From contig OY820579.1 of NCBI GenBank assembly GCA_963681965.1, forward strand, positions 2,256,835 to 2,320,834: DNA of 64,000 bases, given 5' to 3'. Below the pieces are notes generated by a model. The model saw only the letters and a program-made list of their open reading frames with translations, was not told where the DNA came from and made no database searches. The position numbers and the translations under genes are program-made. Below, piece after piece: positions 30,601 through 37,916 of this stretch (position 1 is the stretch's first letter; each line of letters opens with the position of its first letter). This DNA comes from a bacterium. Lineage in GTDB: Bacteria > Electryoneota > JAOADG01.

Positions 30601-31391
30601 GGAATCAAGATCGTAGCGACATTATATCCTTCCATTTTCTTCAAATTGGTAAACGTGAGAAGTTGCGAATTATAAGACGCTGAGGAAGGACGCACGATCA
30701 CGTAAGTACCCGGTCGCCACAACAGGGATCGTCCCATCGAGAATGGGTTATAACCCAAAAACATCGTTTCATAGATCCCGTGATAGGATGGTGTGATCGG
30801 ACCGGTTAATGTCGGTCCTGCTACAGTCGCAGTCAACGTGATCGTTAGTTCGCTGATCGCTTCGATGGTGCCGTCGGATAGTTGGCGCAACGGATACACG
30901 GTCACCGGAACGACGCCGAAATCCTTGAAGACACCCGGTTCGCCGACAGTCACGCGCGGCATCTCGCTGGATTTCGCCAACGGGGTGTTGGGGAATTCCG
31001 GATCGCTGGCGATCGCAACTGCGCCGCCGAGTCGGTCCGTCGTGATATGTTCCGTACGTCCGGCAACGACACTGGCAGTCGCTTTCACCGCAAAATTGAA
31101 GGGGACGAATACGGTCACGCCGGAAATATCGGGGGTACCTAATTTCGGAAACGCTTCGTGTTGTCCACCAACGCGAAGAGCAACGCCGTTGGTCGCTTTC
31201 TCAACCGCGAAGCCATTCAACTTCACTGTGAAAGTGACCGTGGTTGCGCTGCGATTGAGTTGATCGACGTTGGGGGATGGGGTGCCGACTGCCGCGGATG
31301 ACGCTGCATCGGACAGCCAGACGGTTTGCACGGGAGCAGCAAATGCGCCGAGTGCAACGATTAACAGGATCGAAAGAAGTAACCTTCTCAT
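27678..31391 (-). CDS. Peptidase C25 (gingipain-like) family secreted protein with T9SS C-terminal sorting domain
   Basis: Signal peptide; C25-like core around YVAIIGDADRL and the later region with conserved His and Cys; C-terminal KVFDQTGREV...GVYYVMITADNFKTTRKVVFMK. Confidence 0.6.
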   Translation of the reverse strand: MRRLLLSILLIVALGAFAAPVQTVWLSDAASSAAVGTPSPNVDQLNRSATTVTFTVKLNGFAVEKATNGVALRVGGQHEAFPKLGTPDISGVTVFVPFNFAVKATASVVAGRTEHITTDRLGGAVAIASDPEFPNTPLAKSSEMPRVTVGEPGVFKDFGVVPVTVYPLRQLSDGTIEAISELTITLTATVAGPTLTGPITPSYHGIYETMFLGYNPFSMGRSLLWRPGTYVIVRPSSASYNSQLLTFTNLKKMEGYNVATILIPSGANGDQIKLLIADVYNSLAHTLPVEYVAIIGDADRLDNVPTFPFTVSAAETVPSDLNYVLLDGSDFWPEAFLGRISYGSTTGLATIVNKTQQHQNSPGTGNPANTNYMNKAFCFAGNYSDTGSPPITPTENTRWAAQMLRDFGYNVSTYLYPMQPAPGTDSILALINQGVSLITYRGWGDSQGPLYPRLQRGDLANVTRNDAVMLSIVCQNGRYAALNSQVDGNQCFGEAWVETGSPSVPKCGPAFFGAAHLHTSTRYNNPILAGLLHGWLNDGLNKLGPATLRGKLEVYQGFPNEMTAVEQYFRFYNILGDPSLTLWYKTPDTMQVTFPTTLNPASSSMTIRAVDQRTGNPLPNMVAALIVGNAGANPAVSLTDAQGYATLPLRIVANDTVRIAVRGGNYRPVINYIQTNNPLIGQFRVDSVFFNIPNTLPSPGVEGDINILIKNVGTTAAASQAILSQTNTRNRLVILNNSSNAGTVNAGATTSLTYRVKVVSLADRTPESLRLTFASGAVDFAMPVAWALPRISGIVVESGSLTPGVSRSTTIQVHLKSEGNAAIPACNYQFVTFSNGMNITTPAAYYMAIRDSGFVAFDAEIAQSILPGHIIPIRMLNWIIGGSDTLTTWFNITCGTRASTMPTGPDNYGYYAYEEIDVPSTGTWPTPTYNWIELDTALGGNGTSLILKDDTTYVQAIPFPFTFYGRTYNQFLSICSNGWVSFDSTWMYDFYNWTLPNSQGPRTLLAANWDDLKGSNPADSGRVRLFYRMDNTPGDRKYIIEWAEAYSRYGIETNPIRQKFEIILYGDRRGPSSDNIIDFQYHTSSDVDQTNNYTTMGIMNWEHTDGLDLLFAHVASPGAEELHNNHIIRFSTQTPDGFTGVDQPATQMLPKDYVVSEAYPNPFNPSMTMKLSVPKSGFVSAKVFDQTGREVAVLSQGNLDAGTYTLHWNASGNASGVYYVMITADNFKTTRKVVFMK

Positions 31392-32217
31392 CGGTGTTTC
31401 CTCCTCTTGGTGAACAGTCCCGGTATGAAACGAAAACTTCCGACAAAAAAACGCAAGCCGAAAATCAATCCGCTCAGTCGATCCGGGGGCAGCGGTTGCA
31501 CCTGTTTATGATCTCGCCACTGTAGCCGCGAAAGTTTCGAGAGAATCTCAATACTACAGTTACAATATGCATTCAAAGCCGGATAAAAGCAATATGCAAC
31601 AACGATTGCGAATGAAAATCAATCTTGATAACACATTTGCACACAACTTCCCAGAAGTGATTACTATTTATACAGATATTAGCTACTTACCGGAGGTAAA
31701 GGATGCTCTCTGCAGATGATCGGTTGATTTGTCGTTGCGAGGACTGCAGCGAAGGAACATGCGAAGCATTTCCGAAGCGGAAGGACGAAGCAATCTATCT
31801 TGAATCCTGTTTTCTCTAGTAGGGGTGGGTCCCCGCGCCCGCCCGTTCTTGTATCTTTATTTCTCTTTTCCCAATCCCCAATGCCTATTTCTCCATCACC
31901 CATTCTATGCGTCAGGCGCTGCCTGCCGCTTGGGGCGAATGCGATTCGCCCCTACGGAAAAAACGCGGACTAAAGTCCGCCGCTACCATGATGAATTGTC
32001 AGGCTGAAGCCTAACTTCCGATTTCAAGAGACAGATACACCGAACCTGCGATTCGCTTCCTTTCCGTAGGTCAGAACTTGTTCTGACCATTTCTTGTATT
32101 TTTTTTCTCTTTTCCCACCACCTACAACCCACTACCCACCACCCGTTTGGTTGATTTGTCGTTGCGAGGACTGCAGCGAAGGAACATGCGAAGCATTACC
32201 TCAGTTTCTTCCCGACG
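31392..32217. repeat. REP-like hairpin cluster
   Basis: Two copies of the ~70-nt cgttgcgagg element, gtaggggtgggtccccgcgcccgcccg, ccgtaggggcgaatcgcattcgcccc (reverse), gcggactaaagtccgccgctacc, gtaggtcagaacttgttctgacc. Confidence 0.75.
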
Positions 32218-33017
32218 GTGCATCTCTCCTACAAATTGAGCAAACTAAATGAATTGCAATTGAGTTACAGTCGGCGCGTGCGGCGACCGGATGGTGAGGA
32301 TTTGAATCCATTCCCGGAATATCGCGATCCGTTGAATGTCTGGGCGGGAAATCCGAAACTGTTGCCGGAATATGTGAATGTGCTGGAACTCGGTTGTCAA
32401 TATCTGAATGGCGGATTGATGTTGGTACCGGCGCTGTTCTACCGCAACACGAATAATCGCTTTACCCGGGTCACGCAGACACTGCACGATTCGATCGTCT
32501 TGACGACCATGGAAAATCTGGCTTCCGATCAATCCGGCGGTATCGAATTGAATGTGTCGTGGAATCATCAGAAATCGTTTTCGCTTCACGGATACAGTAG
32601 TGTGTTTTTCGATCAGATCGATGCCACCAATCTTAACAATACAATGGAAAGAAGAATGTTACGACGTGGACCAGCAATATCACGATGGATGTCAATTTGA
32701 CCGAGACCAGCCGGTTTCAACTCAACTCGAATTACAATTCGGCACGATTGACGGCGCAAGGGAAAAACAAACCGTCGTATTCGCTCAATTCCGGTTTTCG
32801 ACAAGAATTGTTTGAAGGAAAATTGACGATCACTGCGACCGTCACGGATATCTTCAAGACGATGAAACGGGAATTCGAGTTGAATATCCCGACGCTGCAG
32901 CAAACATCGGTGAATAAGCGCGACTCGCGCGTAATGTACGTCGGATTGAATTATCGCTTCGGTTCGCAGAAGAAGAAAGCGAAAGAAGACCAGATTAAAT
33001 ACGATGACGGGTTGTAG
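32218..33017 (+). pseudogene. Remnant of an outer-membrane beta-barrel protein gene (C-terminal ~265 codons, frameshifted)
   Basis: No signal peptide or N-terminal domain; reading frame switches near 32650-32700 between track ORFs 32218-32700 and 32685-33017; ends with beta-barrel-like ...YVGLNYRFG; 5' side abuts the repeat cluster. Confidence 0.45.
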
Positions 33018-33040
33018 AATAGATCGCCGTAAAATGTATA

Positions 33041-33068
33041 CGGGCGCTTTGCAGCGCCCGTTTTTTTT
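33041..33068 (+). terminator. Rho-independent terminator
   Basis: cgggcgctttgcagcgcccg hairpin followed by an 8-T run. Confidence 0.6.
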
Positions 33069-33134
33069 GTGTTTCTTACACTCGTTCGAATTTCGTGGTG
33101 AAGTGCCGCAGGATCGGTGGTTCGTAGGTGGTCC
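33068..33134. repeat. Left direct repeat: diverged duplicate of the tnaA 3' end (putative att remnant)
   Basis: gtgtttcttacactcgttcgaatttcgtggtgaagtgccgcaggatcggtggttcgtaggtggtcc is ~92% identical to 36341-36405; on the minus strand it still encodes ...TYEPPILRHFTTKFERV-stop. Confidence 0.7.
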
Positions 33135-33201
33135 TTAAAAGCTAGTTCAACATTCGAACTTAGAATATCAATTAATTGATTGCTAGATAATCTGAATTGG
33201 A

Positions 33202-34011
33202 TTAAATGTAAGGATCGTCCAATTTGCAGTAACTAGCATCAAGAATATTGGCTTTACAACAATAATTCATTAACCAAGTTACATGTTCTTCATCGATGGG
33301 TGGGATATCCTTCTTGAACAAAACGGCTCGATCCAATCTTCCGATCCACTCTCGCGCTTTAGTTACTAATTGAACCTCGATGATACGCGATTCTTGGATC
33401 ATAATTAAAAAATGGATAGCACGATAATTAGTGTCGTGGGAGTACAATTTCGGATTGAAATAATAATTTCTGCATCGATAAATTTTTCGATAAAAGTCAC
33501 GCCATATTTTTACTCCTAATTGCGCAAGTTCGTTAGGAGTCTGGACGACTATTCGAAATCGAACCAAGTCCCAAATATCGTATAAATATTCAGGATAATA
33601 CCCTAACCGTTTTCGTTTCTCAATCGATTTTGCGATTGATTCATCTGATTTCAAGTTACCAAATAAATGTTCGAGCGGAACTTGCGATTTCTCGATATAA
33701 TCAAGTAACACGAGTCGGGAAAAGTCAAAGACTTTCTGTTTCTCATTTTTATCCATCACAAAATCAGACCAGTCAGCGATATTTTGACTAATTCGAAAGC
33801 CTGTTTCCGGGATAACTATTAACTTTCTAGATAATAGATCTACTGACTGATCGTGAAGCAATTGAAAATTGGGATCTGCTGAGTTTGTTCCATTCTCAAT
33901 TTTATTGCCTAACTCTAAAAATTCGGTTCGATCTTTGTCAGAAAGTGAGCACCAGAATTGTTTGAACCATTTGTCATGGCACTCGCAGTATTCGATATGT
34001 CTTTGTAACAT
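33202..34011 (-). CDS. RelA/SpoT-like (RSH/small alarmone synthetase-like) nucleotidyltransferase-fold protein
   Basis: Ordered motifs with RelQ-like spacing: SIAKSIEKRKR, DIWDLVRFRIVV, NYRAIHFLIMI, IEVQLVTKAREW...LFK. By-eye match, not HMM-verified. Confidence 0.5.
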   Translation of the reverse strand: MLQRHIEYCECHDKWFKQFWCSLSDKDRTEFLELGNKIENGTNSADPNFQLLHDQSVDLLSRKLIVIPETGFRISQNIADWSDFVMDKNEKQKVFDFSRLVLLDYIEKSQVPLEHLFGNLKSDESIAKSIEKRKRLGYYPEYLYDIWDLVRFRIVVQTPNELAQLGVKIWRDFYRKIYRCRNYYFNPKLYSHDTNYRAIHFLIMIQESRIIEVQLVTKAREWIGRLDRAVLFKKDIPPIDEEHVTWLMNYCCKANILDASYCKLDDPYI

Positions 34012-34031
34012 TGAGCACTCAAAATTATTAA

Positions 34032-34652
34032 TTACGAGAAATAGATATCATTCTTTGCAAATGTTGATCGAACAGAGTCCTTTCTCTCAACAACAGCAAT
34101 TTTTTTTCCTTTCTTATGAAGTAATAGAAATTCTTTGTTTACTAAATCTTTAATGCGATAATACATTTCACTCGGATTTTGAACTTTGTCAACTTGCCAT
34201 CTCTGAAAATTCGTAAATAAATCTTCAAGAGTGATCTGATCTAATGAATACTCGTATATAAATTCAATTATCTTTTTCTGAGTAAAAGATAATTTTCTAT
34301 AAGAATCCACTAATTTCAGTTCTTGATCTGCAACACTAGGAGCACTCTCGATGGGTATTTTAGATACTGATGTAACAGAATAAAGCGAATATTCGTTAGG
34401 TTTTTGTTTTAAATTAGATTTATGTGAAAGATATGTGAACAAAATCACGAAAAATAATCCAATTAATAATTCAAACACACCTATAAATACTATTAACCCA
34501 TTTGGGTGAGCACGATAAATTATATTATTTGTTTGATTATGCCATTCGAAAATTCCTAATAAAATCATAACTGTTCCACCAAGAACAAATATTGCATCGA
34601 TTCTTGCCTTAAAAAGACTTTTTAAAAGTTCGAACATAATGATCCCTTTCAA
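34032..34652 (-). CDS. Membrane protein: two N-terminal TM helices plus ~110-aa C-terminal winged-helix-like domain (paralog 1)
   Basis: Shares with the next gene the pattern ELLK..KA..D.I.VL.G..M.LLGIFEW..Q.NNII.R.HP and a C-terminal block ...YYRIKDL...G..IAV.E. Confidence 0.55.
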   Translation of the reverse strand: MKGIIMFELLKSLFKARIDAIFVLGGTVMILLGIFEWHNQTNNIIYRAHPNGLIVFIGVFELLIGLFFVILFTYLSHKSNLKQKPNEYSLYSVTSVSKIPIESAPSVADQELKLVDSYRKLSFTQKKIIEFIYEYSLDQITLEDLFTNFQRWQVDKVQNPSEMYYRIKDLVNKEFLLLHKKGKKIAVVERKDSVRSTFAKNDIYFS

Positions 34653-34703
34653 AATAATAAATTAGAGATTAATCGCTTTAAATTGAAATGAATTACCGGT
34701 TAA

Positions 34704-35249
34704 TTAAGAGCACAATATATTCTTTTTTTCCAAAGTTAACTGAACAAAACCAATTTTCTCAATGACAGCTATATTTCTTCCAATATTATGAAGATTAATG
34801 AAACCATTATATTTTAGATCTTTAATTCTATAATAAAATTCGTTTTTGTTTTGAATAATTCCAGGTCTCCAGGCTTGAAAACCATCGAAAAGCACTTCGA
34901 GAGAAATTTCATTTAATAAATGTTGGTAAATAAATTGTACAATCAGCATTTGTGTTAATGTTAAATTGTGATAAGATAAGACTAACTGTTCTTCATAGTC
35001 TCGTTTAGGACTTGCCATCTCCGAATGAACTCTCTGTTGAATATAGAAATTAATAATATAGAGTGAAATACCAATTAATGTTAACAGAATCCCAATAAAA
35101 ATGACAAAACTATGAGGATGTGTTCGAATAATAATGTTATTTAATTGACCATTCCATTCAAAAATACCAAGCAGCAACATCGAAGAACCAACAAGCACTA
35201 AGATGACATCAACTTTTGCTTTAAGAACGCCTTTAAGTAGTTCTAGCAT
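34704..35249 (-). CDS. Membrane protein: two N-terminal TM helices plus C-terminal winged-helix-like domain (paralog 2)
   Basis: Paralog of 34032-34652; start overlaps the stop of the upstream NTase gene (35243-35249). Confidence 0.55.
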   Translation of the reverse strand: MLELLKGVLKAKVDVILVLVGSSMLLLGIFEWNGQLNNIIIRTHPHSFVIFIGILLTLIGISLYIINFYIQQRVHSEMASPKRDYEEQLVLSYHNLTLTQMLIVQFIYQHLLNEISLEVLFDGFQAWRPGIIQNKNEFYYRIKDLKYNGFINLHNIGRNIAVIEKIGFVQLTLEKKNILCS

Positions 35250-36130
35250 GATAAAGCTCGTCTTGGAAGAGAAATATGATTTTTTTCGATAAGTACAATT
35301 TGAGTACTAAATTTTATCTTTACTCTTATAGCGCAATCGGCTGAAAAGCAATTTGGGTGGTTGCCCTTAGTCGACTCAAATAAAAGAATATTTTCTTTCA
35401 TATGAATTGGAAGCGATGATTGTAATGGCATTTGATAATAATTTTGGACGTACTCCTTCATACAACAAAAATAAAAATAGTATGCTGTGGCTTGTTGAAT
35501 CGGTAGAGTGCTGACTTGCAGTGAATCAATAATTTTGTGTTCTTTTAACCACCAATCACATAAAACAAGAAACTCGTAATCAACCAATCCCCCAGCACCG
35601 CTTTTAAAATCCCAATAATGTGGCGATTTTGGGTCGTCGTATTCATCGCTGCGATGTGGGTTTCCGAGGAAGAATCTGTGCAAATTATCGAATGAAGTAT
35701 TTTTCAACCAATACTTGAATTTACTAATAAATTCTTGGTAGATCGACTGGTTTCCTGCAAGAAATCGAAGGTGAGGAAAAGAGACAAGTAATGGAAAAGA
35801 GTAGGTGTCGATTGCTTTATCGAGAGAATTAATGATGAAATGCGTTGGATGATTTGGTGTGTATCGTTTAAGTAGCGATTTTATCAAATCGCGATCAATG
35901 TTTGGTGATCGATAAAGAACGAAGAAATCAATATCGGAAAACTGATTTGGATGACCGCGAGCGTAGCTTCCCCTTAAACAGATAGCAAAAGTTTGATTAT
36001 TCAAAAATGAAGAAATATGCTCTTCGGAAAGATAGGCGTGAAGTTGTTCAACTCGTTTTAAGAATTTCTCTTGATATGTCAGCGATAATTTTAAGAATGT
36101 TGTCGGGTTGTTTGTGATAAACATAAACAA
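35243..36130 (-). CDS. Nucleotidyltransferase with Pol-beta-type motif and GlnD/GlnE-like second motif
   Basis: GSYARGHPNQFSDIDFFVL (GS-x10-DxD) and ~120 aa later DFKSGAGGLVDYEF, resembling the GlnD/GlnE uridylyl/adenylyl-transferase signature. Confidence 0.55.
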   Translation of the reverse strand: MFMFITNNPTTFLKLSLTYQEKFLKRVEQLHAYLSEEHISSFLNNQTFAICLRGSYARGHPNQFSDIDFFVLYRSPNIDRDLIKSLLKRYTPNHPTHFIINSLDKAIDTYSFPLLVSFPHLRFLAGNQSIYQEFISKFKYWLKNTSFDNLHRFFLGNPHRSDEYDDPKSPHYWDFKSGAGGLVDYEFLVLCDWWLKEHKIIDSLQVSTLPIQQATAYYFYFCCMKEYVQNYYQMPLQSSLPIHMKENILLFESTKGNHPNCFSADCAIRVKIKFSTQIVLIEKNHISLPRRALSC

Positions 36131-36300
36131 TACCTATGCAAACTTCATTCGATCACAGTAGTAAAAAAATCCATAAATAGTTTCTTCATGAGGCAATTAG
36201 TATTCTTGTAAAGATAATAATAAACTAAACAAATTCAAAATGGTATTTGGTAAAATATAAACAATCAACTTACATGTTGACGAGATATCTAAAAAATAAT

Positions 36301-36320
36301 TCCGGTAAAACTATACCGGA
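36301..36320 (-). terminator. Candidate terminator for tnaA lying inside the island
   Basis: Hairpin ccggtaaaactataccgg immediately 3' of the tnaA stop, followed on the minus strand by a T-rich run. Confidence 0.4.
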
Positions 36321-36338
36321 ATTATCAATTAAGTTAAA

Positions 36339-36405
36339 TTGTGTTTCTTACACCCGTTCGAATTTTGTGGTGAAGTGCCGCAGGATCGGCGGTTCGTAAG
36401 TGATC
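36339..36405. repeat. Right direct repeat: functional 3' end of tnaA
   Basis: gtgtttcttacacccgttcgaattttgtggtgaagtgccgcaggatcggcggttcgtaagtgatcc; encodes ...ITYEPPILRHFTTKFERV-stop in frame with tnaA. Confidence 0.7.
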
Positions 36406-37715
36406 CGCAGACCTTTGATTTTGTGAGCGCGATCTTTCAACTTCTTCATCCCGTCGGCAACAAATTCGAGATGCGAATTCGTGTATGCGCGTCGCGGAAC
36501 GCAAAGCCTTAGCAATTCCAATTTCGGATAGCGGTTTTCGCGGGTTACCGGATCGCGATCCGCCAGTACCGTGCCAATTTCCACACCACGGACACCCGCC
36601 TCGATATAGGCTTCCACGCCCAGCACCTGCGCCGGGAACGCTTCGCGCGGAATATTCGGCAACAATTTCAAGGCATCGACGTAGATCGCATGTCCACCTG
36701 CCGGCTGTACGATCGGAATGCCGCGTTCCAACAAGAGATCGCCGAAATATTTCACCTGAGCCAACCGGAATTCGAGGTAATCTTCTTCAACACCTTCGCG
36801 TAGACCGACCGCCAATGCTTCCAAGTCGCGTCCCGATTGACCGCCGTACGTCACGAACCCTTCAAACAGAATTCCGAAAATCGAGCACTGACGATACAGC
36901 TCTTCGTCGCGACAGGCAATAAAGCCACCGATATTCACCAGCGCGTCCTTCTTCGAGGACATCGTGCAACCATCTGCCATGGAAAATAGTTCGAGGGCAA
37001 TTTCTTTGACCGATTTCTGTGAATATCCATTTTCGCGCTGTTGAATGAATTTGCAATTTTCGGCATAGCGCGCGGCATCGATGAATAATTTCACGTCATA
37101 CTTGTCGCACAAGGCTTTCACGGCACGGGCATTTTCCATCGAGACTGGTTGTCCGCCGGTGCTGTTACAGGTAACCGTGAGTAATACGAAGGGAATTAAT
37201 TTCTTCGGAGCATATTCCTGCAAAACCGATTCCAGTTTTTTCAGGCAGACATTCCCTTTGAACGGATGGATCAGCTCCGGATCGAAAGCGTTGTCGTCGG
37301 TGCAGTCGATCGCGTGCGCTTTGCGATATTCGATGTGTCCTTTGGTCGTATCGAAATGCGAATTGCCGGGAATGACTTCTCCTTCGTGAACCAATACACT
37401 ATGCAGTACGTTTTCGGCAGCACGCCCTTGGTGGGTGGGGAGGACGAAGGGAAAACCCATGATATCCTGAACCGCTTTTTGGAAATTGTAGAATGAGCGC
37501 GCACCGGCATACGATTCGTCGCCCATCATCAACGCTGCCCACTGCGCATTCGACATCGCGCCGGTACCACTGTCCGAGAGCATATCGATGAAGACATCTT
37601 CCGAATGCAAGCCAAATAGATTGTAGCCGGTTTCCTTGATTTTTTGTTCCCGCTCGTCGCGCGGCAGGAGCCGGATCGGCTCAATCATCTTGATTCGGTA
37701 GGGTTCTGGAAACAT
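36348..37715 (-). CDS. tnaA: Tryptophanase / beta-eliminating lyase family (PLP-dependent)
   Basis: PLP-lysine motif SSKKDALVNIGGF; overall TnaA/TPL-like sequence; start set to MFPEPYRIKMIEP. Confidence 0.85.
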   Translation of the reverse strand: MFPEPYRIKMIEPIRLLPRDEREQKIKETGYNLFGLHSEDVFIDMLSDSGTGAMSNAQWAALMMGDESYAGARSFYNFQKAVQDIMGFPFVLPTHQGRAAENVLHSVLVHEGEVIPGNSHFDTTKGHIEYRKAHAIDCTDDNAFDPELIHPFKGNVCLKKLESVLQEYAPKKLIPFVLLTVTCNSTGGQPVSMENARAVKALCDKYDVKLFIDAARYAENCKFIQQRENGYSQKSVKEIALELFSMADGCTMSSKKDALVNIGGFIACRDEELYRQCSIFGILFEGFVTYGGQSGRDLEALAVGLREGVEEDYLEFRLAQVKYFGDLLLERGIPIVQPAGGHAIYVDALKLLPNIPREAFPAQVLGVEAYIEAGVRGVEIGTVLADRDPVTRENRYPKLELLRLCVPRRAYTNSHLEFVADGMKKLKDRAHKIKGLRITYEPPILRHFTTKFERV

Positions 37716-37916
37716 CGTAACTCCGTTCAATAGTACTTCCCAGCGACACCTTCTTACCGAAAAATCCCGGAAGAAAGTGGTGAAACTTGGTTGATTCGCA
37801 GTATCCGGCAGCGAACTGACATTGTCCGGCAACCTGCCGGGTAAAATATAACCTCGAAAACCGCGATTCCGAAAAGTTTGTTTTTTATCGAAATACCTTT
37901 GAGTTTGCGATACCGA

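Larger units (their letters stand above)
33068..36405. mobile_element. Putative integrated island (~3.3 kb, AT-rich) inserted at the 3' end of tnaA, bounded by ~66-bp direct repeats
   Basis: Direct repeats at both ends; interior far more AT-rich than flanks; four co-oriented genes with N/K/I/Y-rich proteins; no integrase or transposase inside. Confidence 0.5.

Noticed and set aside
32218-33017. Reading the two OMP ORFs (32218-32700 and 32685-33017) as separate intact genes
   Set aside because: Neither has a signal peptide or N-terminal domain, and the second frame continues the first when a single indel is assumed; treated as one frameshifted remnant.
36131-36347. Possible integrase or small gene between the NTase gene and tnaA
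   Set aside because: This AT-rich stretch has no ORF of meaningful length on either strand; it is more likely the island promoter region plus the tnaA terminator.
37716-37832. Extended N-terminus of tnaA (MPDNVSSLPDTANQ...) from a TTG start
   Set aside because: Tryptophanase family proteins begin close to the conserved ...PEPYRIKMIEP segment; the upstream extension is not conserved-looking and uses a rare start.
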